A stretch of 64,000 bases of DNA from an uncultured Gemmatimonadaceae bacterium. Its GTDB lineage: Bacteria; Gemmatimonadota; Gemmatimonadetes; Gemmatimonadales; Gemmatimonadaceae. Shown here one piece after another: positions 1 to 10,746 of the stretch. The stretch lies in contig CAWFQK010000003.1 of assembly GCA_963817955.1 (NCBI GenBank), positions 128,001-192,000 on the forward strand, read 5' to 3'. Under the pieces are notes generated by a model that made no database searches, was not told the origin of the DNA, and saw only the letters and a list, made by a program, of their open reading frames with translations. Each line of letters opens with the position of its first letter. The first letter of the stretch is position 1. Made by a program: the position numbers and the translations under genes.

Positions 1-107
1 GCAAGCTGTCGTCGAACAGCCTGCAGATCGTGGGTGACGTGGCGGCTACGCTCACCTTCGACGTTGCCGGCGGCCTCATTCGGAGAACGGGTTCCATGGG
101 GTGGTGG

Positions 108-416
108 CTAGAACGCCATGTCCTCATCACTCGCCGTCTGGCGGTCCTCCTGCCGACCGTGGCGCACGGTCAGAATCAGGATGCGCGCGCGTTCGACACG
201 ATAGATGATCCGATACGGCGGATATGGGACTTGCCGAATCTCAGGCCGAGCGAGATCTGGCGCGACGCGCCCCGACAGTGGGTATTGCCGCAATTGGTGA
301 ACGCGGGCGAAGATCTCCCGGACCCACCGAGCCGCGGTGGTGGGCCGTTCCCCCGCGATCTCCTGCGCGATCGCGTGCACGCGCTCCAGCGCGAGCGGCG
401 ACCACACAACGCGCAT
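108..416 (-). CDS. Type II toxin, RelE/ParE family
   Basis: MRVVWSPLA...YPLSGRV...YRIIYRV...ILTVRHGRQ is a typical ParE/RelE pattern; lies directly downstream of a Phd antitoxin. Confidence 0.9.
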   Translation of the reverse strand: MRVVWSPLALERVHAIAQEIAGERPTTAARWVREIFARVHQLRQYPLSGRVAPDLARPEIRQVPYPPYRIIYRVERARILILTVRHGRQEDRQTASDEDMAF

Positions 417-443
417 GCGAGGGCTCAAAACGCCAGCGCCGGA

Positions 444-752
444 TCAGGCAGTGCGCTTTCGCGCGTTCCCCGGCGCGCGCAACCGCGCCAACACCAGCGC
501 CTGGGCCTTGCCGTGCGCGACGCCCTGGCCGGCGGCGAGTTGGGCTTCAGCCACGCGGACATCCTCGGCCAATTCGGCGCGCTCCACGAGCGCCTCGTAG
601 GCATCGACGGCCAAGAGAATGGCGGCGCTGCGGCCGTGCTGCGTCAACACCAACGGGCGCTGGGTGGCCTGCACCTGCTCAACGAAGGTGGCCACACTGG
701 CGCGGAACTCGGAGAGGGGGCGGATATCCTGACTGGGTCGGCCGTTGCGCAT
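444..752 (-). CDS. Type II antitoxin, Phd/YefM family
   Basis: DIRPLSEFRA...RPLVLTQHGRSAAILL motif; ATG at 752 preceded by GAGG. Confidence 0.9.
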   Translation of the reverse strand: MRNGRPSQDIRPLSEFRASVATFVEQVQATQRPLVLTQHGRSAAILLAVDAYEALVERAELAEDVRVAEAQLAAGQGVAHGKAQALVLARLRAPGNARKRTA

Positions 753-767
753 GAAGCCTCGATGCAT

Positions 768-789
768 ATTGTACAAGGGAATGTACAAG
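768..789. promoter_or_regulatory. Putative Phd/YefM operator: two TGTACA palindromes
   Basis: TGTACA at 770-775 and 782-787 (12 bp apart), just upstream of the antitoxin start. Confidence 0.7.
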
Positions 790-878
790 TGGCGCGCACC
801 GCTGTCCAGCGTGCGAAGAGGCAACGGCCTGCGCGAGCGCCGACGCATGGGTTGGTCCGTCCGTGGCGACCCCTCGCG

Positions 879-2981
879 TCAGTTCGCGACGGGCAACGTG
901 AGGGTGAACGTACTTCCGACACCGAGCTCGCTCTCCGCCACGAGATCCCCGCCCATGCCACGCGCCAGATCACGGCTGATCGCCAGTCCCAAACCGGTGC
1001 CCTCCTTGGTCCGCGTGAGTCTGACGTCGATCTGCACGAACGGCTGGAATACGCGCTCCAACTGGTCACTGGATATTCCACGCCCCGTGTCCCGGACGCG
1101 TATGCGAACGTACGCGCCCTCGATGCTGCATTCCATCGTGATGCGGCCATACGGCTCCGTGAAGCTGATCGCATTCGAGAGGAGGTTCAACAAGATCTGT
1201 TGAACTTTCTCGGCGTCGGCGCAGGCCGCGATGCCTTCGCACCGGTCCAACTCAAAGGCGAGGTGCTTCGCGCTCATCTGTGGGGCGGTGAGTGCTTCGC
1301 ACGTCGCAAAAACATCGCCCAGCCGTACGACGCCGACATTATACCGGACCGCTCCAGCATCAACCTTGGCAAAGTTGAGCACACCATTGATGAGGCCCAG
1401 TAGATGCCGTTGGCTCCGCTGGAGCCGTTCGAGTGATTGACGTTGTTCCTCCGTGACCGGCCCGTGAATGCCCATCTCGATCAGCTGCGCGTAGCCGCCG
1501 ATGGCGTTCAGAGGCGTGCGCAGTTCATGGCTCATGATGGCCAGGAAATCGCTCTTCGCCCGGTTGGCGCTCTGAGCCTCCTTCCGCAGCCGTTGCTCAA
1601 CTTCGACGTCGGTATTCGTGCCGAACCAACGCTGCACGCATCCGTCGGCGTCGTGCACGGGGATGATGCGCGTGAGGAATGGACGAAACTGGCCATCGGC
1701 TCCCCGGAGCGGGAAGGTCATCTCGAAGCGTTGCCCTGTTGCAATCGATCTCTTCCAGCGCTCGAGTACTTCGGGGAGGCCGACGGGGTCGTGCACCGAC
1801 ATCCAGCCCCAACCTTCCATCTGCTCCGGGGTCGTGCCGGTATACTCATACCAACGCGCATTGTACCAGTCGATGTAACCGTCCGCCCGAGCCGTCCAGG
1901 CAAGCGTCGGGATGGCATCGGCGAGCGTGCGAAATTGTCTCTCCGCCTGCAGAGCTGCCGCTCGCGCGGCTTCGGCCTCCGCTCGAGCGGTCTCGCTCTC
2001 GGCCAGAAGACGCTCGACCTCGCGTCGCGCCGCGACATGATCGGTGACGTCCACGCCGTGCACGATCACACCAGAGCGACTCCCGTCGGCTTCGATCAGG
2101 GGGTAATACCCAAAGTCGAGCATCCGCTGTTCTGGCGGGGCGCCCGGCGTGCGAGCAAGTCGAGTCGGCACCTCGCGGCCGACGAACGGCTTACCTGACG
2201 TCACGACATCGTTCAGCAACGCCTCGAAGCCCTGGCCTCGTGCTTCGGGCAGCGCGTCAAACAGGGGCCATCCCACTACCTCGCGGTGTCCGACGAGTTG
2301 ATAGAATGCCTCATTCACGAACTCGATCAGGAATGATCCTCCGCGCAGGATGGCGAAGAAGGCCGGCGAATGCTGGATCGCGTACGCGAGATGCGCACGT
2401 TCGAGATCCAGCGCGCGGTTAGTGGCCTCGAGCCGGCGTTCGGTGAGCACGCGTGCCGTCGTCTCCTGGCAGACCACCAGAACCCCAGCCACCGCCCCAT
2501 TGTCGTCGAATGCCGGGCTATGGCTGTACGTCCACCACTCGTCCTCGATCTTTCCGTTGCGCTCGATCGGGATGAGCTGGTCCTCGTTCCAGGTCGCGTC
2601 GCCGCCGGCCATCACCTGCGCGATCTGCGGGCCGATGATCTGCCAGACATCCGTCCAGAATTCTGCGCCACGCATGCCGAGGGCGCGCGGATGGCGCCCG
2701 TCGGCACCGAAGCTCGGGCGATACGCATCGTTGTAGATCTGAACGAGCTCGGGCCCCCACCACAGGAACATGGGCTGGCGGGAGGCGAGGATCGTGGCAA
2801 CGATGGTCCGCAGGCTGAGCGGCCACCCGGCGACAGGACCAAGGGGAGTGGCGGACCAATCAAAGGCACGGCACAGTGCCCGCATTTCGCCTGCGCCGGC
2901 GAACGGACTGTTGGCCGGCGCAGCGCGCTCGACTTGCTGGTTTTCGAGCGGGACTCCTGTTGTCATGGCAATGCCCTCCAC
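879..2981 (-). CDS. PAS-domain sensor histidine kinase
   Basis: Three PAS-like segments; H-box MSHELRTPLN; N-box NLLSNA; DTGRGI and GTGLGL boxes. Confidence 0.92.
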   Translation of the reverse strand: MEGIAMTTGVPLENQQVERAAPANSPFAGAGEMRALCRAFDWSATPLGPVAGWPLSLRTIVATILASRQPMFLWWGPELVQIYNDAYRPSFGADGRHPRALGMRGAEFWTDVWQIIGPQIAQVMAGGDATWNEDQLIPIERNGKIEDEWWTYSHSPAFDDNGAVAGVLVVCQETTARVLTERRLEATNRALDLERAHLAYAIQHSPAFFAILRGGSFLIEFVNEAFYQLVGHREVVGWPLFDALPEARGQGFEALLNDVVTSGKPFVGREVPTRLARTPGAPPEQRMLDFGYYPLIEADGSRSGVIVHGVDVTDHVAARREVERLLAESETARAEAEAARAAALQAERQFRTLADAIPTLAWTARADGYIDWYNARWYEYTGTTPEQMEGWGWMSVHDPVGLPEVLERWKRSIATGQRFEMTFPLRGADGQFRPFLTRIIPVHDADGCVQRWFGTNTDVEVEQRLRKEAQSANRAKSDFLAIMSHELRTPLNAIGGYAQLIEMGIHGPVTEEQRQSLERLQRSQRHLLGLINGVLNFAKVDAGAVRYNVGVVRLGDVFATCEALTAPQMSAKHLAFELDRCEGIAACADAEKVQQILLNLLSNAISFTEPYGRITMECSIEGAYVRIRVRDTGRGISSDQLERVFQPFVQIDVRLTRTKEGTGLGLAISRDLARGMGGDLVAESELGVGSTFTLTLPVAN

Positions 2982-3049
2982 TCGAGCTCGACGTGTTCAA
3001 TCGACCCTGCAGAATCTTTTCCCTGGCCGACATCGTATCTTACTACATC

Positions 3050-6000
3050 GTGAACATACGCATATGGACTCGCCTCGTCGCCGCGGCCGCGGGGCTCGCT
3101 ATTTTTGCGGCCCCGACCGCCGCACAGCAACAAACCGACATCATTCGCGGCCGCGTTCTGGGCCCCGATACGCTCCCCATCCAAGGCGCGCGCGTCACCG
3201 CGACCTCCTATCAGGGGAGCATCACCAAGTCGGCCGCGACAGACAAAAACGGCCGGTTCCAGATCATCTTCGTCAACGGCGAAGGGGACTACTGGATCGA
3301 TATCGCGAAGATCGGTTTCAACCGGAGGCGGTTCGAGATCAAAAAGGTCGGCGACGAACAGGTCATGCTTGCTGACGCACGGCTCACGTCGGCCATCGCC
3401 CGGCTCGACGCGGTCATCATCAACAGCGACAACCGGGCGCTGGTCAACCGCAACTCAAAGCCTACCGATGTGAGCGGTGGCGACAAGTCCTTGTCATCGA
3501 CATCGCCGCTGCTCCCGCCCGATCAAGCCGGCAATCTGGCCGCGATGGCTTCAACCACGCCGGGCGTTCAGCTCGTTCCCGGCATGGATGGCGCCGCAGA
3601 CATGTTTTCCGCGCTCGGCCTGTCGGGCGATCAGAACGCCACCACCTTCAACGGCCTTGGCTCCGGCGTCAGCTCGCTGCCGCCCGATGCGCAGGTTCGC
3701 ATCACGTTCAATCAGTTTCCCGCCGACCCCGCGCGCGGCGGCTTCTCCGGCGCGCAGATCAGCGTGGCCTCGATCCCGGGATCCAACTATTCCTTCCGGG
3801 GCTTGAGCGGCTATGGTACGGGTCCCGATCTCGAATGGACCGACCAGAGCGCCGATTCGTCGGGACAGAAGTCTACGACGCTCCGCGTCGGCGGCAACCT
3901 CCGCGGCCCGATCCAGATGGATCAGGCATTCTACAACGCCTCCTATTCGGCCCAGCGGAACTTCGCCGACATGCTGACCCTGTTGAATACCAGCCCTGTC
4001 GGACTGCAGTCGGCCGGTGTCGCCGCGGACTCCGCGGCCCGGTTGCTCGGCATTTTGCGCAACAAGCAGGTGCCGGTGTCGCTGGCCAATGGCCCAACAC
4101 TGCGGGCGACCGACAATTTGAATTACCAGGCGAACTTCGACTTCACGCCCAGTTCGTCCGGCACGGGCAATTCGCTCACGCTCGGTGTGTTCGGCGGGTA
4201 TGTGCACGTCCTGCCGACGGGCGGTGGTGTCTCACTGCTGACGAGAACTCCGGCACAGACCGGAGAGGCACGCGGCTATTCCACGTCGGCGTCGCTCCTG
4301 CACTCGAACTACTTCGGGTTCGGCGTGCTGTCACAGACCACGTTCGGTCTCGCGGTGTCGCAGCAGTCCCAAACGCCATTCCTGGATTATCCCACAGGCA
4401 CCGTTCGGGTCGCGTCGAACCTGCCCGACGGCTCGACCTCGATCAAGTCGCTCTCCTTTGGCGGCGGCGCGCCGCCGGCCGATGTCGCGAGTCAGACGGT
4501 GCAGCTCCAGAACCAGCTCCAGTGGTTCAGCGCCAACAACAAGCACACCATCAAGATCACATCGAGCGTTTCGCGCGAGCACACCGCCTCCGACGTCAGC
4601 GCATCACTCGGATCGTTCTCGTTCAATTCGCTCGCCGATCTCGAAGCCGGAGCGCCCGCGTCGTACACCCGTACGTTATCGTCGATTCATTTTCCGAGCG
4701 ATCAGGTCACGGCCGGCCTATCGATCGGTGACGCCTGGCGGCCGGCGAGCACGCTGCAGGTGCAGTACGGCGTGCGCGCCGACGGCAACCGCTTTCTCTT
4801 CAAACCCGACTTCAACGCCGCGCTGCGCGACACCCTGGGCGTCCGCAACGATGTCGTACCGAATCGCGTGAACGTCAGTCCTCGCGTCGGCGTCCAGTGG
4901 ACGTATGGGACCGCACCCACCATCGCGTACGTTCCCGGTGCCGCGCGTCCGCCGCTGGCGGTGATTCACGCCGTCGCCGGCGTCTATCAGAACGTCGGCC
5001 CGGCGAATCAGCTCAACTCAGCGGTGAGTCAGACCGGGTTGCCCGGTTCGACCCAAACGATCGCCTGTGTCGGCCCAGCGGCGCCGGTACCCGATTGGAG
5101 CGCATACCAGAATCCGGGTGCGGTTCCAGGTGCCTGCGCCGACGGCAGCACCGGAAGCATCTTCTCGAACGTCGCCCCGAGTGTGTTCGCGTTCGACCCG
5201 CGGTTCGAGCAGCCGCGCGCGTTGCGCACCGCGGGCGATTGGTCGAGCCCGATCCTCGACAATCGCATCGTGCTCGGACTCCAGGGGATTTACTCCTGGA
5301 ACATGAATCAGCCTGGCATGGTCGACGCCAATCTGAATTCCGGGCGAGGCTTTGGGCTTGAATCGGAAGGCGGCCGGCCGGTGTTCGTCGATCCGTCATC
5401 TATCGTTCCCGCGACGGGCACGATTGCGATCGCGAATTCCCGCGTCTCGCCGGCGTTCCGGAACGTGGCCATCAACCGATCCGACCTGCACTCGGCGTCG
5501 ACGCAGATGGTCGTGCGACTCGTGCCGGTCACGGCCAGCAAATACCTGCGCTGGGACTTCAGCTATTCGCTGCTCGACGTTCGCGATCAGTTCTATGGGT
5601 TCGGCGGCGCGGGGAACACCGCCGGCAATCCGTTCGACCGCCAATGGGGTGCGCATGCCGCGGAGGGCAAGCACCAGTTCACGCTGAACTGGAACAGCAT
5701 TCCGGTGGCCGACCTGTTCTACGTCACGATTGGCACGACGATCAAGTCGGGCACGCCATTCACGCCGATGGTGGCCGGCGACGTCAATGGCGACGGGTAC
5801 TGGAACGACCGCGCGTTCGTGTTCGACCCGGCGCGCACCGCCGACACGGCGTTGGCAGGCGCGATGCGATCGCTGCTCGCCACTGGCGCTCCGGCGGCGC
5901 GGGCCTGTCTCTCGAAAGAGCTGAACCAGCTTGCCGCCCGCGCGACCTGCCAGGCGCCGTGGGTGACGACGGCCAATCTCGTCATCAATCTGAATCCGCA

Positions 6001-6748
6001 GAAGATTGGCCTGCCCAAGCGCGCGAATCTGGTGATCAGCTTCACCAACCCGCTCGCCATCGCCGATCTCATTGCGCATGGCAACCAGAACACACGCGGG
6101 TGGGGGCAGGACATCCAGCCAGATCAGAATTTGCTCTTCGTGCGCGGCTTCGATCCCGTGTCCAAGCAGTTCAAGTATTCTGTGAACGACCGGTTCGGGT
6201 CCACGCGGCCGCAACAGTCGGCCTCACGGTCGGCGGCATTCGTCAGCATCAATGTCAGCTACGACATCGGCTTCACGCGCGAGCGACAGATTCTGACGCA
6301 ACGGCTCGACATGGGCCGGGGCCGCCCGGGGACGAAGCAGACGGCGCAAGCGATGAAGTCGTTCGGCACGAGCTCGATTCCGAACCCGATGACGATGATC
6401 CTGCAGCAGCCCGATTCACTGAAGCTGACCCGCAAGCAAGCCGACAGCCTGGCGACGCTCAGCACCAGGTTCGCGCTGCACGCCGATTCGGTTTGGACGC
6501 CGATCGCGAAAGTTCTTGAAGTGGAGCCCGACCATTACAGCCACGGCGAGGCGTACCAGCAGTACGTGCACGCGCGCGAGCAGACGGTGGACTATCTCAT
6601 TCAGATCGCGCCGGACGTGCGGGGCCTGCTCACCCCGGCGCAGAAGCGGAAGTTGCCGCCGATCATCCTGAATTTTCTCGATGACAGAGTGTTGAAGTTC
6701 CTGCGGTCGTCGAGTGCCGGTGATGGTGGAAATTTCTTCCTCCGCTAG
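3050..6748 (+). CDS. Carboxypeptidase-regulatory-like domain / TonB-dependent-type outer membrane protein
   Basis: Signal peptide after GTG 3050; IIRGRVLGPD..PI.GARV N-domain; long beta-rich body with GDVNGDG..ND motif; helical C-terminal extension. Confidence 0.7.
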   Translation: MNIRIWTRLVAAAAGLAIFAAPTAAQQQTDIIRGRVLGPDTLPIQGARVTATSYQGSITKSAATDKNGRFQIIFVNGEGDYWIDIAKIGFNRRRFEIKKVGDEQVMLADARLTSAIARLDAVIINSDNRALVNRNSKPTDVSGGDKSLSSTSPLLPPDQAGNLAAMASTTPGVQLVPGMDGAADMFSALGLSGDQNATTFNGLGSGVSSLPPDAQVRITFNQFPADPARGGFSGAQISVASIPGSNYSFRGLSGYGTGPDLEWTDQSADSSGQKSTTLRVGGNLRGPIQMDQAFYNASYSAQRNFADMLTLLNTSPVGLQSAGVAADSAARLLGILRNKQVPVSLANGPTLRATDNLNYQANFDFTPSSSGTGNSLTLGVFGGYVHVLPTGGGVSLLTRTPAQTGEARGYSTSASLLHSNYFGFGVLSQTTFGLAVSQQSQTPFLDYPTGTVRVASNLPDGSTSIKSLSFGGGAPPADVASQTVQLQNQLQWFSANNKHTIKITSSVSREHTASDVSASLGSFSFNSLADLEAGAPASYTRTLSSIHFPSDQVTAGLSIGDAWRPASTLQVQYGVRADGNRFLFKPDFNAALRDTLGVRNDVVPNRVNVSPRVGVQWTYGTAPTIAYVPGAARPPLAVIHAVAGVYQNVGPANQLNSAVSQTGLPGSTQTIACVGPAAPVPDWSAYQNPGAVPGACADGSTGSIFSNVAPSVFAFDPRFEQPRALRTAGDWSSPILDNRIVLGLQGIYSWNMNQPGMVDANLNSGRGFGLESEGGRPVFVDPSSIVPATGTIAIANSRVSPAFRNVAINRSDLHSASTQMVVRLVPVTASKYLRWDFSYSLLDVRDQFYGFGGAGNTAGNPFDRQWGAHAAEGKHQFTLNWNSIPVADLFYVTIGTTIKSGTPFTPMVAGDVNGDGYWNDRAFVFDPARTADTALAGAMRSLLATGAPAARACLSKELNQLAARATCQAPWVTTANLVINLNPQKIGLPKRANLVISFTNPLAIADLIAHGNQNTRGWGQDIQPDQNLLFVRGFDPVSKQFKYSVNDRFGSTRPQQSASRSAAFVSINVSYDIGFTRERQILTQRLDMGRGRPGTKQTAQAMKSFGTSSIPNPMTMILQQPDSLKLTRKQADSLATLSTRFALHADSVWTPIAKVLEVEPDHYSHGEAYQQYVHAREQTVDYLIQIAPDVRGLLTPAQKRKLPPIILNFLDDRVLKFLRSSSAGDGGNFFLR

Positions 6749-6775
6749 CCCGGAAAATCTTACTAGACCTATCAA

Positions 6776-8038
6776 ATGACTTTCTTCATGCGCAATGCAC
6801 ATCGCTCGACGATCCTCACAGGCACCCTGTTGTTCGCCGCCGTCACGACGGCCGGCGCGCAAGACAAGATCCCGATCCGAGCGATCGGCCCGATCCTGGC
6901 GACCAGCACGGAGAACGTCGGGCTGGCCGTGACCGTGCGCGGGACGTCCGACGGGCACGTGCTCGTCGGCGCCGGCGGCCGCCAGCGCGTCTACGCCTTT
7001 GATTCGACGCTGCTCAAATTCACGATCGTGGCCGATTCCGGTACCGGTACTGGTGTGGTCCCTATCCGCACTACAGGCCTCATTCCGTATACGGGCGATA
7101 CGACGCTCCTGCCCGACTTCGGGGCGAATGCGCTGCAGGTGCTCGACGCGACCGGGAAGACAGTGCGCTCCATCGCGCCGCCACACGCGGCGGATTTGAT
7201 GTACCTTGGTATCCCTGCGGCGTTCGGCCGGCCCGGGATCGATGCCAAGGGGCGCTTGATCTATCGTTCGCTACTACGGCCAAACTTCCGCCCAGCGCCC
7301 ACGCCGTCGGGGAGTCAGAAGACGGAGATGACACCGATCAACGCCGACTCGGCGCCGATCTTGCGCGGCGACTTCGACACGCGAGGCGTGGACACGCTCG
7401 CCTGGATGAAGACGCCGAGTCAGGGTCGAATGGCCATGGAGATGAAGGAGAACCTCGCCGGTGGCCCGCCGACGGTCACGATGCGGATGATGATGAATCC
7501 GTTCCAGATGTCCGATGAATGGGCGCTGCTGAGCGATGGCACGATCGCGATCGTTCGGGTTCAGGATTATCACATCGATTGGATCGATCCTGATGGCGCG
7601 CACCGATCGAGCGCCAAGATGCCGATGGATTGGCGGCGGTACACCGACGCGGAGAGAACGCAACGCGTCGATTCCATCAAGAAGTTGATCGATCAGCAGC
7701 TCCAGAGCGCTCTCAAGGCGCAGTCCGGCGCGGGCGCGCCGCAGATGAAGATGGACGTGAGCGTGGTGCCGGACAGCGAGTTCCCCCAGTTTTGGCCACC
7801 GATCGAGCCAGGGTCGGTCCTCCCTGATCTCGACGCGCATCTCTGGATTCTGCCGACCACGTCGGTGAATTCGGCGGGCGGGTTCACGTACGATGTGGTC
7901 AATCGGAACGGCGAAGTGTTCGAGCGGGTGCAGCTGCCGAAAGGCCATGTGCTGGTGGGGTTCGGGGCGCATGGCGTCGTGTACCTGACGAAGAGCGACG
8001 GCAAGGCAACGTTTCTCGAGCGGGCGCTGCTGAACTGA
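6776..8038 (+). CDS. Secreted hypothetical protein, probable beta-propeller
   Basis: Signal peptide (AGAQ); repeated beta-rich blades; co-oriented 28 bp after the outer-membrane protein gene. Confidence 0.6.
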   Translation: MTFFMRNAHRSTILTGTLLFAAVTTAGAQDKIPIRAIGPILATSTENVGLAVTVRGTSDGHVLVGAGGRQRVYAFDSTLLKFTIVADSGTGTGVVPIRTTGLIPYTGDTTLLPDFGANALQVLDATGKTVRSIAPPHAADLMYLGIPAAFGRPGIDAKGRLIYRSLLRPNFRPAPTPSGSQKTEMTPINADSAPILRGDFDTRGVDTLAWMKTPSQGRMAMEMKENLAGGPPTVTMRMMMNPFQMSDEWALLSDGTIAIVRVQDYHIDWIDPDGAHRSSAKMPMDWRRYTDAERTQRVDSIKKLIDQQLQSALKAQSGAGAPQMKMDVSVVPDSEFPQFWPPIEPGSVLPDLDAHLWILPTTSVNSAGGFTYDVVNRNGEVFERVQLPKGHVLVGFGAHGVVYLTKSDGKATFLERALLN

Positions 8039-8088
8039 GGGCGCTGGTGGGGGCCGCGCTGATGCCCCCATCAGCCTGCGCCACCCGT

Positions 8089-8859
8089 CTAGAAGAGTCC
8101 CGCGTGGTGCACGGCCAGGACGTCCATCGTCAGGGCGACCAAGGCGTGCAGGACTACTCCTCCCCAGAAGGATCTGAAAGTCAGCGCGAGCGCGCCGAGA
8201 GTAATTCCGGCCGCGATGGCCCCGAGGCATTCGGGCCACGGTTTGTGGAAATGGATCATCGTATACGGCACGATCATCACGAAGACGCTGAGCCAGCCGA
8301 TACGTGCTTCGCAGGTGAACAGCAGGTAGCCGCGAAAAAACGCTTCGAGGGCGAGAAACGACACCGTGTACGCACATTCCCAGAGCAGGAATGTGGAGAG
8401 GTCCGTGCGAGCGCCGGCGACGAAGGGATATGTCCTGGCAAAGTCCGGGCGATGCGATGCGAAGGCGACGATGGGCACGACAAGGGCATACAGCGGCAAG
8501 TACGCGCGGAGATGCCGAACGAGCCCACGCGTGTCCCAGCCTATGGAACTGAGCGGTTCTCGATGCGCCAGCCGCACGACTAGCGCCGGGATGGCCAGGT
8601 AAAGCACGAGCAGTGAGGCGACCCAGACGAGGCCCGCGCCGAGGTCCTGGTCGAGGAATCCGATGCCGCGCAGCCATCCATGACGTTTGACCGCGGCGAA
8701 CGTGAAGAAATACTCTTCGAGTGCGAGAACGAGCGCCGTGTAGACAAGAGCGACGGCGACGCGTTTGTCGGCGCTGCTGAGGCCCGAGCGGAGGCGGGTT
8801 AGTTCGGATTCCGAAACGAGCCAGCGCAGAACGCTGGGGGTCACGGAGGATTGCGCCAT
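8089..8859 (-). CDS. CPBP family (CAAX/Abi) intramembrane glutamic endopeptidase
   Basis: Multi-TM protein with ALEAFFRG, IHFHKP and terminal LH motifs. Confidence 0.85.
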   Translation of the reverse strand: MAQSSVTPSVLRWLVSESELTRLRSGLSSADKRVAVALVYTALVLALEEYFFTFAAVKRHGWLRGIGFLDQDLGAGLVWVASLLVLYLAIPALVVRLAHREPLSSIGWDTRGLVRHLRAYLPLYALVVPIVAFASHRPDFARTYPFVAGARTDLSTFLLWECAYTVSFLALEAFFRGYLLFTCEARIGWLSVFVMIVPYTMIHFHKPWPECLGAIAAGITLGALALTFRSFWGGVVLHALVALTMDVLAVHHAGLF

Positions 8860-9514
8860 GCGGGAAGAACTCCCCGACTCAGAACCGAGAATGGGACCTT
8901 ATCTATCGGAAGTTCACAGTAAATGTTGTCGTTCCCCCTCCGAGCACCGATTGCGTGGCGGAGGGCGTCACGCTAAAAAACGTCGCGCCGGGAGGCCCAC
9001 CGGATAGGATGTTTATCAGCGTATAGGAGCCGACTGGTACACCGACAAACGTCTGGGACGCTGACGTGCCATTGATTTGCTGCGGTCCGATTAGAGTGTA
9101 GCTCATCGGCCCCGTCCAGGGAGAACTCCCGCCCGCACCTGCGAGCGTAACGTTCACGACGATCGTGCCGAGCGCGACCCTCGCATTTTCGAAGGTGCAA
9201 ATGACGTTGCCCCCAGACCCTATCGTCACCGTGATGCCTGGGACGTTGCCGGTCACGTTCGAGTTCTGCGCGCCGGTTTGGGTGCAGTTGATCGCGCTCA
9301 CGGCCCACCCGGTTACCGCGGTCTCGGTAACGGTGTAGGGCCCGCCAGCCGGCAGGGTGAACGTCCTGGAGTTGGACAGTGTGTCCGTATTGTTCCCATT
9401 ATCGTCCAGATCGAAGGCAACCAGGCCCCCTCCTCCCGTGGTTGCGAAGTGGAAGACCTGCGGGTCGAACGACTGGGCGTGCTTTACGATGGTGAGAGTG
9501 CCGGTTGGCGGCAC

Positions 9515-10700
9515 GACGGTGTTCGTGGCACACGCGCGATTGTTGGCGAGGTTGGCTTCGTCGGGCGTCGCCACATTGCTGGCCTGCGTTACCGACGCGC
9601 AGTTGGTCACCGTGCCCCCGCCTGGTCCGCCGGCTCCGCCCGACGGCACAGTGAGCGTGATGGTGTAGATCAGCTGTGCGCCGGCGGCCAGTGAGGCGCC
9701 AGAGGTGCAGACGATGGGCCCGGCGCCCACCCCGGTGCAGGTGCCGCTGGACCCGGTGGCCCCGGAGAACAGCACGCCGGCGGGAGCCGACGGCAACGAG
9801 TCCTGCATGACGATCGGGCCTGGCGCTGACACTGCGCCATTGTTCGTTGCGGTGATCGTATACGTCACCGTGTTCCCGCTCACGACGCCCACCTTCGTGA
9901 TGGACAGGTCGGGCGCGGGGGCGGCGGCCGCCACGGAATTGGTGGCACACGCGCGATTGTTGGCGAGGTTGGTTTCGTCGGGAATTACAGCGTCGCTCCC
10001 CCGCTTCACCGACGCGCAGTTGGTCACAGTGCCTCCGCTCGCCGGCGCAGTCAGAGTGACGGTATAGGTCAGCTGTGCGCCTGCAGCCAGTGCACTGCTC
10101 GAGGTGCAGACGATTGGCCCCGCGCCCACCCCGGTACAGGTCCCGCTGGACCCGAGGGCCCCAGAGAACTGCACGCCGGCGGGAGCCGACGGCAACGAGT
10201 CCTGCATGACGATCGGGCCTGGCGCTGACACCGTTCCGTTGTTCGTCGCGGTAATGGTGTACGTCACCGTGTTCCCACTGACCACGCCCACCTTCGTGAT
10301 GGACATGTCGGGCGAAGTCACTGGCGGCGGCACTGTGTTCGTGGCACAGGCGCGATTGTTGGCGAGGTTGGATTCGCCGGTTGTCCCCGCGTTGCTCCCC
10401 TGCGTCACCGATGCGCAGTTGGTCACTGTGCCTCCGCTCGCCGGCACCGTAAGCGCGACGGTTACGGCAAGCTGCCCGCCGGCGGCCAGCGCGCTGCTCG
10501 AGGTGCACACGATCGGCCCTGCCAACCCCCCTGAGCAGGTTCCGCTGGTCCCTGCGAACTGTACGCCGGCCGGAGCCGATGGCAACGAGTCCTGAATGAC
10601 GATCGGACCTGTCGCTGGCACCGTGCCGTTGTTCGTAACAGTGATGGTATACGTTACCGTGTTCCCGCTGACCACGCCCACCTTCGTGATCGATATGTCG
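9515..10700 (-). repeat. Three tandem ~390-400 bp intragenic repeats (DUF11-like domains)
   Basis: PD(I/M/L)SITKVGVVSGNTVTYTIT...NLANNRACATN occurs three times; the DNA motif ACGCCCACCTTCGTGAT recurs near 10674, 10284 and 9885. Confidence 0.92.
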
Positions 10701-10736
10701 GGCGCAGGAGTCGGCGGCGTTATGATGTCGGTACTA

Positions 10737-10746
10737 CCCCCCCCCC
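10737..10746 (-). repeat. G10 homopolymer immediately after the lipobox Cys codon
   Basis: Ten consecutive C on the + strand. Confidence 0.95.

Noticed and set aside
30..1403. 457-aa plus-strand ORF
   Set aside because: Antisense shadow of the TA pair and the kinase; no recognisable motifs.
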